A stretch of DNA of 23,989 nucleotides, taken from positions 1 to 23,989 of the forward strand of contig JAYVCD010000456.1 of assembly GCA_043750125.1 (NCBI GenBank), read 5' to 3'. A program made the position numbers and the translations under genes. This document shows, piece by piece, positions 16,355-23,205 of the stretch. A model generated the notes under the pieces. It ran no database searches. It was not told where the DNA came from and was given only the letters and a program-made list of their open reading frames with translations. This DNA is from Archangiaceae bacterium (GTDB lineage: Bacteria > Myxococcota > Myxococcia > Myxococcales > Myxococcaceae). How positions within the stretch are numbered: position 1 is the stretch's first letter; each line of letters opens with the position of its first letter.

Positions 16355-17428
16355 TCATGAACCGCTGAGCCAATCTTTCAACTCTCCGACGACGACTTTC
16401 GGCTTCATCTGAAATTCTTTGAGATCTTTCGAGCCGGTCAACACCAACGCGTGCCGCAGCGTGGTCAAGATCGTCTCGAGCGCAAGTTTCGCACCGGCGA
16501 CGCCTCCTGTTTGCTGGGCGCGAAACAGGGGCAGCGCCATCCCGCCCAGGTTGGCTCCAAGGCTCAAAGCCCGGGCTACGTCGAGCCCGGTGCGAAGGCC
16601 ACCCGAGGCAATCAAGGTGACGCCGGGGCCGCTGACCCGCCGCGCGGAAGCAATCGCGGCGGCGGTGGGGATGCCCCAGGAAGAGAAGGCGGCTCCGACT
16701 TCGGCAGCGATCCCGGTCGCGCGCAGCTGCTCGACGCGGACCCAGGACGTTCCCCCGAGGCCCGAGACGTCGATGGTCCGGACGCCACAGTCGACGAGCT
16801 TGCGCACCACGTCGGCCGAGATTCCGCAGCCGGTCTCTTTGACCAACAGGCGATCGCCGTACGCGCGCGCCAGCTGGGTGACGACTTCGTAGCCCCCTTG
16901 GAAATCGCGATCTCCTTCGGGCTGGGTAAGCTCCTGGCCCGGGTTCAGATGGAGCGCGAGCCCGTCGGCGCCGATCGCGTCGGTCATGCGTCGCAGCGCG
17001 TCGAGCCCCATCGCCGCTGCCTGCCGCAGCCCGATGTTTCCGATCACCACAGTGGTGGGCGCGAGATCGCGCACCGCATAGCTCTTCAGCAGCGAAGGAT
17101 TTTCGACCATCGCCCGCTGGCTGCCGACTCCGAAGGCGATGCCCGCTTCTTCCGCGACGCGGGCGAGATCGCGGTTCACCTGCCCCGCGCGATCAGTGCC
17201 GCCGGTCATGCCGGTGATCAACAGCGGCGCCTTCAGGGTCTTGCCGAACAGTGGGGTCGAAAGCGAAACCTGGCTCACCGCGAGCTCGGGCATGGCGCAG
17301 TGCATCAGCTTCACGCACTCGAGCAGCGTCGAGTTCTCGCCCGGGACCACGTCGCCGGTCGCGCACAGATCGAGGTGCGCATCCTTGCGGAGAGCGGTCT
17401 GTTGGGCGGTCGAGGGGTCAAAGGACAT
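16355..17428 (-). CDS. fni: Type 2 (FMN-dependent) isopentenyl-diphosphate delta-isomerase
   Basis: RKDAHLDLC, ITGMTGG, GVGSQR, HLNPGQE, VKETGCG, GGTSW, WGIPT and ASGGLR. Confidence 0.96.
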   Translation of the reverse strand: MSFDPSTAQQTALRKDAHLDLCATGDVVPGENSTLLECVKLMHCAMPELAVSQVSLSTPLFGKTLKAPLLITGMTGGTDRAGQVNRDLARVAEEAGIAFGVGSQRAMVENPSLLKSYAVRDLAPTTVVIGNIGLRQAAAMGLDALRRMTDAIGADGLALHLNPGQELTQPEGDRDFQGGYEVVTQLARAYGDRLLVKETGCGISADVVRKLVDCGVRTIDVSGLGGTSWVRVEQLRATGIAAEVGAAFSSWGIPTAAAIASARRVSGPGVTLIASGGLRTGLDVARALSLGANLGGMALPLFRAQQTGGVAGAKLALETILTTLRHALVLTGSKDLKEFQMKPKVVVGELKDWLSGS

Positions 17429-17434
17429 TGAGGA

Positions 17435-17450
17435 AGTGAGGCTTTAGCTA
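17435..17450 (+). repeat. 16-bp direct repeat copy 2 (AGTGAGGCTTTAGCTA)
   Basis: Exact match to 10808..10823; intergenic, 6 nt upstream of the fni ATG. Confidence 0.9.
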
Positions 17451-17486
17451 ACGGGACCCCTTGAATTCCACTCGTAATCACCCGAA

Positions 17487-17515
17487 TTGACTGACATTCG
17501 TCACTCGTCAGTCGA
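17487..17515. promoter_or_regulatory. Operator-like inverted repeat between fni and the DsrE-like gene
   Basis: TTGACTGAC-N11-GTCAGTCGA (8/9 palindromic) with a nested TGAC-N4-GTCA. Confidence 0.45.
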
Positions 17516-17547
17516 AGGTTGGGGCTGAAAGGTCGTAGAAGGCTCCC

Positions 17548-17937
17548 GTGCAGCCGGTGACTGTGTTCCTCCATAGCGGTGCCTACGACGCGGTTCATCA
17601 GGGCTTGTCGATCGCCGCATCGGCGACCTCATTGGGCCGAGAAGCCGAGCTCTATTTTTTCTGGTGGGCGCTGGAGCGGCTGGTGAAAGGGCAGCTGGAC
17701 GAGCCCGATGTGCGCGAAGACGTAGCGGACGAGATGGAAAAGCGCGGGGTGCCGACCCTTCGAGCGCTGTTGGAAGTGGTGCGAGGCAGCGGAAAGGCCC
17801 GGCTCTACGCGTGCTCGGGCTCGATCGCCTCGCTGGGCCTGGCGCCTGCCGACGTAGAGAAAACGGTGGATCAGATCGTCGGGTGGACGACGATTCTGCA
17901 GCGCACCGCGGGCGTACCCGACCGTTTCTTCGTCTGA
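17548..17937 (+). CDS. DsrE/DsrF/DrsH-like family protein
   Basis: VFLHSG, a helix ending A-x-SLG-x-E-x2-LYF-x-WW-x-L, and LYAC-x2-S with a single Cys; 129 aa. Confidence 0.8.
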   Translation: MQPVTVFLHSGAYDAVHQGLSIAASATSLGREAELYFFWWALERLVKGQLDEPDVREDVADEMEKRGVPTLRALLEVVRGSGKARLYACSGSIASLGLAPADVEKTVDQIVGWTTILQRTAGVPDRFFV

Positions 17938-17940
17938 AGC

Positions 17941-18822
17941 TTAAGAGGCGACGGGGGAGGCAACCGGCGCCGCCGACGGGATCAAGAGATCGAGGCGATC
18001 AAAAGACTCGAACGGATTTTCCATCATCTCGCGCAGCGTCTTGCTGAGCACCGAGGCGTGGTACCCGTCGATGAAGCGGTGATCGAAGCTGGCGTTGATG
18101 TTCATCACCTTGCCGGGGATCACCTTCCCGTTCTCGACGACCGGCACTTCTTTGACCATCCCGGGCGCGACGAAGATCGGCACGTGGGTATAGGGCACCA
18201 GCGGCACGTAGGCGGTCTCGAGGCCCAATGAACCGACGTTGGTGACGGTGAGCGACCCGAACGCATCTTTGGGCATCCCGGCAAAGCTCAAGTCGATGTT
18301 GAAGGTGTACATCAGCAGGCCGAGCAGCCGGAGGAAGAGGTTCATCAGCATGAAGGGAATCAACTGCACGGTGCTCTTTCCCTTCTCGAGGGCCACGTCT
18401 TTTCGCGCGCGGACATTCTCGACGGTCGCGTTCATCTCGTCGACGATCTGCACCAGGGTCTTCTGGTCGGCGTCTTCGATCTTCGCGGCAGTGAGGTCGA
18501 CCTTTCCCGCGCCCTGGTCGGTCTGAACGACGAGCACCGAGATGTTCACGTGCTTGCGCAGGTAGATCTTGTTGAAGCGCAAGATCGCATTGGCGTCCGG
18601 GCACCGCTTGAGCGCTTCGGCGCACGCCTTGGTGACCAGCTGGGTCACGGTCAACCGCTTGCCGGTGATCTCTCGAAATTTTTCAATGTAGGCGAGCGCC
18701 TTGTCCATTCGGACGGTCAGCGTTCCGTAGACCGTTGGGTCGTAGGCGGTCTTCCAGGTCCCAATCGCGAGCTTGCGAAAACTTGCGACTTTGTTCTTCT
18801 TCGTCAGTTCGAGGTGGCCCAT
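17941..18822 (-). CDS. Stand-alone 2-oxoacid dehydrogenase E2-type acyltransferase catalytic domain
   Basis: DHRFIDG catalytic motif, VTNVGSLG, and LVTKACAEALKRCPDANA. Start at ATG 18822 because the longer ORF is antisense to the mscS gene. No lipoyl or E3-binding domain. Confidence 0.88.
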   Translation of the reverse strand: MGHLELTKKNKVASFRKLAIGTWKTAYDPTVYGTLTVRMDKALAYIEKFREITGKRLTVTQLVTKACAEALKRCPDANAILRFNKIYLRKHVNISVLVVQTDQGAGKVDLTAAKIEDADQKTLVQIVDEMNATVENVRARKDVALEKGKSTVQLIPFMLMNLFLRLLGLLMYTFNIDLSFAGMPKDAFGSLTVTNVGSLGLETAYVPLVPYTHVPIFVAPGMVKEVPVVENGKVIPGKVMNINASFDHRFIDGYHASVLSKTLREMMENPFESFDRLDLLIPSAAPVASPVAS

Positions 18823-18832
18823 GGCGGCGGCC

Positions 18833-18849
18833 AGACTACACGCTAAGGT
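18833..18849. promoter_or_regulatory. Putative bidirectional promoter (back-to-back -10 hexamers)
   Basis: TAGTCT on the minus strand (18838-18833) 10 nt before ATG 18822, and TAAGGT on the plus strand (18844-18849) 9 nt before ATG 18859. Both lie in a 36-bp gap with no SD. Confidence 0.5.
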
Positions 18850-18858
18850 CCGCGCCCG

Positions 18859-20385
18859 ATGGGGTTCTCTGAAGCGTTGCTGGAAGAGGCGCAGCAAGGT
18901 CGCACGCTGTACCTGTCCGCGCTGTTCCTCGTCACGTTCCTGGTGGTCAAGGCGCTGGCGAAGGATCAGGAGGTCCGCTTCAAGGCCCTGGCCTTCTTCT
19001 TCGTGATGCACCTGATCTGCTTGTGGGTGGCGGCGGCGCTGCACGCGTACGGGTCTGCGCTGTACACCGACTTCCGGATGCCGGCCGCCGCGCTGGCAGG
19101 GGTGGCCACCGTGGGGATGCTGGCGGGGCTGCTGTTCGCGGGGCTGCTGCCTCGCGCACGGCTGCACGTGCCGCGGATCCTGCAAGACGTGGTGGTGGCG
19201 ATCGCCTCGGTAGTCACGATCGTCACCATTCTGTCGAACTCGGGGGTCAATCTGTCGGGCCTGATCGCCACGTCCGCAGTGGGCACCGCGGTGATCGGCT
19301 TTTCTCTGCAGGACGTAATCAGCAATGTCGCGGGGGGACTGGCCCTTCAGGTCGACAACTCGATCGAAGTCGGTGACTGGGTCCACGTCGGGGAAACCAC
19401 GGGCAAGGTGATGGAGATCCGGTGGCGGTACACCGCCGTCGAGACGCGCGACTGGAAGACGGTGTTGATCCCCAACAGCGTGTTGATGAAGAGCGCGGTC
19501 GAAGTGCTCGGCCGCCGACACGGTTCGCCTCGGCTGTTGCGACGGTGGGTGTATTTCAACGTCGACTACCGGTTCCAACCTTCAGATGTGATACAGCACG
19601 TCACCCATGCGGTTCAGTCGGCCAAGCTCGAGCGGGTCGCCCGCGAGCCGCAGCCCAACTGCGTGCTGGTCGAGCTGGCTGAGAGCTATGGGAAGTACGC
19701 GGTGCGCTACATGCTCAATGATCTGGCCGTCGACGATCCGACCGACAGCGAAGTGCGCACGCTGATCTACTTCGCGCTGCAGCGTCACGGAATGCGGCTG
19801 TCGATTCCGGCCCACGCGATCTTCCTCACCGAGGAATCGACCGTTCGGGCGGAAGAAAAGCTGAAAAAGGAAGTGCATCGTCGGCGCCAGGCGCTCAATC
19901 GGGTCGAGCTGTTTGCGAAGCTGTCCGAGGACGAACAGGAACAGCTCGCACGGGGGCTCACTTATGCGCCGTTCACCCGTGGGGAGATCGTCACCCGGCA
20001 GGGGGCTGAAGCGCACTGGCTGTACTTGATTGACGACGGGGAGGTGTCGATTCGCGTCGCCGATTCGGGGATGGAAAAGGAAGTCGCGAGGCTTCAAGGC
20101 GGCAGCTTTTTCGGCGAGATGTCGTTGCTGACGGGTGAGCGCCGTTCAGCCACGGTGGTCGCCCTCTCAGATGTCGAATGCTTCCGTCTGGACAAAGAGA
20201 TCTTCAAGGGCGTGATTCAGCGAAGGCCCGACCTGGCGGAGCACGTGGCCAAGGTGCTCGCCCGGCGAAAAATCGAGTTGGTGGCGGTGCGCGAAGGGCT
20301 CGATCTGGAAGCGGCCACGCGGCGCACCCGCACCGAGGCTGATCTGCTGGCGAAGATCCGCGATTTCTTCTCGATCAAGGGGTGA
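18859..20385 (+). CDS. MscS-family mechanosensitive channel with C-terminal cyclic-nucleotide-binding domain (bCNG-like)
   Basis: N-terminal TM helices. MscS core GFSLQD..N..GGL..GDWV..GKV..I.WR.T..IPNS. cNMP cassette FFGEMSLLTGERRSATV. Confidence 0.93.
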   Translation: MGFSEALLEEAQQGRTLYLSALFLVTFLVVKALAKDQEVRFKALAFFFVMHLICLWVAAALHAYGSALYTDFRMPAAALAGVATVGMLAGLLFAGLLPRARLHVPRILQDVVVAIASVVTIVTILSNSGVNLSGLIATSAVGTAVIGFSLQDVISNVAGGLALQVDNSIEVGDWVHVGETTGKVMEIRWRYTAVETRDWKTVLIPNSVLMKSAVEVLGRRHGSPRLLRRWVYFNVDYRFQPSDVIQHVTHAVQSAKLERVAREPQPNCVLVELAESYGKYAVRYMLNDLAVDDPTDSEVRTLIYFALQRHGMRLSIPAHAIFLTEESTVRAEEKLKKEVHRRRQALNRVELFAKLSEDEQEQLARGLTYAPFTRGEIVTRQGAEAHWLYLIDDGEVSIRVADSGMEKEVARLQGGSFFGEMSLLTGERRSATVVALSDVECFRLDKEIFKGVIQRRPDLAEHVAKVLARRKIELVAVREGLDLEAATRRTRTEADLLAKIRDFFSIKG

Positions 20386-20458
20386 CCTCACGCTTGCTGG
20401 GGCGCGCAGGGGAGTGATAGGCGAGCGCTGCTGTTCCAAGCTCTAAGGAGTGTCACCC

Positions 20459-21466
20459 GTGGCGATTGCGCTCGTCCTTGTCTCTGCAGCTCTTGTCGTC
20501 TGCCTCTACCTTCTGCTGATGGGCAAGAAGGACGCTCCAGTTGCGGTCCGTTCCCACGAAGGCGATCGCCCCGTTGCCGTCCAGGCCGGCGCAGACCGAG
20601 TCACGGGAAAGGCCGAGCTCGAGAAGAAGCGCAAAGAGCTCGATGAGGTGAGGAAGCAGTTCGCCGAGGTGAAGGAAGAGCTCAAGAGCGTGAAGAAGAA
20701 GGTCTTCGAACAGAAGGAGAACGGCAAGGCCGATGGCGATCTCGTCAAAGCCCGGGCGGACGTCGAGCGGCAGGCGACGATTCAGCTCGAGGCGACCCGA
20801 ATGGAACTCTCGCAGGCCCTCGAGCAGGTCGAGAAGCTGAAGGCCGGTAAAGGCGAGGACGGCAAAGGTCGCCGTTCGGCTCCGGCTGTGCAGGCCGTGC
20901 AGACCGCTGCGGCCCCGGTGGTTGCGGCGGCCGAGGCTCCGGCGGCGATCGCGGCGCCTCCCGTTCAGAAGGTCATTCGCGAGCTGTCTGAGAGCGACAA
21001 GGAACGGATCAACCGCGCCGAGGGAGCCTCGTCGAAGGACCGGCTGCGGATCGCCGAGCTCGAGAAGGCGATGAAGAACTCGAAAGGCCGGGGCGACGCC
21101 GCGACTCACCAGCTGAAGATTGCCCGCCAGGAAGGAACGCTGGCCAAAGACAAGTTCCGCGCGGTCGAGCGCCGGGTCAACCGGTTGATGCTCGAGCGCG
21201 ATCTGATGGTGCGCGCGATCAAGGACCTCGAGACCAAGAGCGGAATCCGCGCCGAGCGCGTCGAGCTCACCGCGGATGAGGTCGCCGCTTCGGACCTGCG
21301 CATCAATGAGAAGCAGGCCGAGGAAGACAAGGCCGCCACCGACGCTCAGGCAAAGCACGAGGCCCATGACGCCGCGCCGATCGTCGCTTCGGCTCCGGTG
21401 CCGGCTCCTTCTGCGCCGGAAGCCGTGGTTGCAACGCCGTCGACTCCTCCGCCCGCTCAGGCGTAG
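20459..21466 (+). CDS. Membrane-anchored coiled-coil hypothetical protein
   Basis: AAGGAG SD 20445-20450 with GTG at 20459. One N-terminal TM helix, two K/E-rich coiled-coil segments, and Ala/Pro-rich linker and tail. Confidence 0.8.
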   Translation: MAIALVLVSAALVVCLYLLLMGKKDAPVAVRSHEGDRPVAVQAGADRVTGKAELEKKRKELDEVRKQFAEVKEELKSVKKKVFEQKENGKADGDLVKARADVERQATIQLEATRMELSQALEQVEKLKAGKGEDGKGRRSAPAVQAVQTAAAPVVAAAEAPAAIAAPPVQKVIRELSESDKERINRAEGASSKDRLRIAELEKAMKNSKGRGDAATHQLKIARQEGTLAKDKFRAVERRVNRLMLERDLMVRAIKDLETKSGIRAERVELTADEVAASDLRINEKQAEEDKAATDAQAKHEAHDAAPIVASAPVPAPSAPEAVVATPSTPPPAQA

Positions 21467-21488
21467 CTGCAGTCGTGTTTAGAGCCCT

Positions 21489-21570
21489 CCCCCCGACTTA
21501 GGCTGGGGGGGCCAACCGGTGCTGGGAGCACCTGGTGCTCCCCTCGCCGTTTTCCCCGGAGTACGGGGGG
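21489..21570. terminator. Cluster of GC-rich hairpins between convergent genes (probable bidirectional termination region)
   Basis: C6/G6 stem 21489-21510; perfect GGGAGCAC-ctg-GTGCTCCC 21524-21542; CCCCG-gagta-CGGGG 21554-21568. U-tracts are weak. Confidence 0.45.
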
Positions 21571-23205
21571 TTAAGGAGTCGTCGGCGCCGGCTGATAGAT
21601 CCAGGCGTCGTTGAGAATCTCGCGCATCCCGCTCGACTGCTCATTGACGCCGCCGAGCACGAGGATGGTGCCGTCGCGCAGGGCGGTGCAGGTGTGCTGG
21701 TACCGGGGGGTGGACAGAGGGGGCCCGCCGATGCCGGTCGCACCTCCCGAGACGTTCGAGCTGATGATCACCGTGGACCCGTCGCTGCGTCCTTCAGGGC
21801 CGGGGCCGTCGACCGTAAAACCACCCATCGCGAGGACTTTTCCATCGGGAAGCTGGACGGCGCAGATGTCACCGCGCCCGCCGGGACCGCTCGAGCCCAC
21901 CGAGGGCCCTTCAGAGACCATTGAGCTCGAGGTGGCGAGGATTTCCGACGATGCGATCGGCAGGTTGAGCTTGGGGTCGGAGTACCCGCCGAGGACGAGC
22001 AGGTCGACCCCTTCGCGCAGGGTCGCGATGGCGGCGCCCCGTCGGCCGGGGTCAGCCAGACGGGGGGGCGAGGCGACCACCTCGAGCTTGAAGGTCGAGG
22101 TGGCGAGGTCCCATTTGAAGAACAAGATCTCTTTGGCCATTTGCACGCCGTCGGTGCCGCCCACGACGGCGATGAACTCGCCACCGCGAACGGGGCTCAC
22201 GGCCGGTCCCTTTCGGGGCAACGAGACACCCTCGGCAATCAGGTAGAGGTTGGTGGCGGGGTCAAACCACTCGACCTTGTCGGTGGGGACGAGGGGCGCG
22301 GGTGCGCTGCTGATCAGGCTCTCGCCGCCCACGATCAGCACCTTCCCGTTCGCGTCGAGCGCGGCCTGATGGTGAGACCGGGTGATCGGCGGAGGATCCA
22401 CCCGGTTCTTCGCCGACCCGTAGGTATTCTCGTCGGGGTTGTAGACAAAGATGGTCGCCCGGGGATTCGGGAAATTATTGACCCCTCCGCTGTACGTTTC
22501 TCCTCCCCACAACAGCACGTGTCCGCTCTTCAACAAGGTGGCGGTATGAAACGCGAGGGGGATCCAGATGTTGCCGCCAATGCCGATTGCGGTCCGGGCC
22601 GACGACTCGAACGCGTTGGTCGCCGGGTTGAAGATCTCGGTATCGGACAAGGCGACGCGGGCCGTGCTGCCCTGCATCAGGTTGTAGCCACCGGCGATGA
22701 AGACCTTTCCGTTCTGCAGCACCGTCGCGGAATGGCCGGCACGCGCGACCTTCATGCTTTGACAGTCGCCCTGAGCGGTCGCCGAGGCCGGGCGGGTGAA
22801 GGTGTTGATCCTGCGCAAGAACACCGTGACCTGAATCGGCTGATTGTCCGTCGGGTCGGGAATCACGTCCGCGACTTCGAACGGCAACGTCTTGCCGACT
22901 GAGAGGACCTTGCCCCCCTTGGTGGGATCTGAATCAAACCCCCGCACGTCGATGACCCGATTTTTACCCGCCGGGATCTCGGGAATCGCGATGGTTCGAC
23001 TCGAGCCGCCCGTGGGCGCGACCGAATCGATCGGGACATCAATTCCGTCCCCGGTGATCCGAACCCTCAAGAAATTGACGCCTTCGAACGGGTTGGTCTT
23101 CGCCTCGCACGACGTGGTGATGATCTTCACTTCAATCGAGATCTGCTTCGGAGCGCACGAGGCGGTCGCGAGCAGACCGAGCATCGACCATCGCCATGCG
23201 CTCAA
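21571..23205 (-). CDS. Kelch-repeat (7-bladed beta-propeller) lipoprotein
   Basis: Seven repeats of R-x2-H-x-A-x2-L-x2-G-x-V-x3-GG type. The likely TTG start at 23205 overlaps the upstream TGA (TTGA) and gives the signal MSAWRWSMLGLLATAS-C. Confidence 0.85.
   Translation of the reverse strand: MSAWRWSMLGLLATASCAPKQISIEVKIITTSCEAKTNPFEGVNFLRVRITGDGIDVPIDSVAPTGGSSRTIAIPEIPAGKNRVIDVRGFDSDPTKGGKVLSVGKTLPFEVADVIPDPTDNQPIQVTVFLRRINTFTRPASATAQGDCQSMKVARAGHSATVLQNGKVFIAGGYNLMQGSTARVALSDTEIFNPATNAFESSARTAIGIGGNIWIPLAFHTATLLKSGHVLLWGGETYSGGVNNFPNPRATIFVYNPDENTYGSAKNRVDPPPITRSHHQAALDANGKVLIVGGESLISSAPAPLVPTDKVEWFDPATNLYLIAEGVSLPRKGPAVSPVRGGEFIAVVGGTDGVQMAKEILFFKWDLATSTFKLEVVASPPRLADPGRRGAAIATLREGVDLLVLGGYSDPKLNLPIASSEILATSSSMVSEGPSVGSSGPGGRGDICAVQLPDGKVLAMGGFTVDGPGPEGRSDGSTVIISSNVSGGATGIGGPPLSTPRYQHTCTALRDGTILVLGGVNEQSSGMREILNDAWIYQPAPTTP

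Noticed and set aside
15100-16368. 422-aa plus-strand ORF and other long overlapping ORFs in the track
   Set aside because: Antisense or alternate-frame shadows of well-supported genes.
18823-19578. N-terminal extension of the 545-aa E2-like ORF (possible lipoyl region)
   Set aside because: It is the antisense frame of the mscS gene and has no lipoyl (DKA) motif; the real start is probably ATG 18822.
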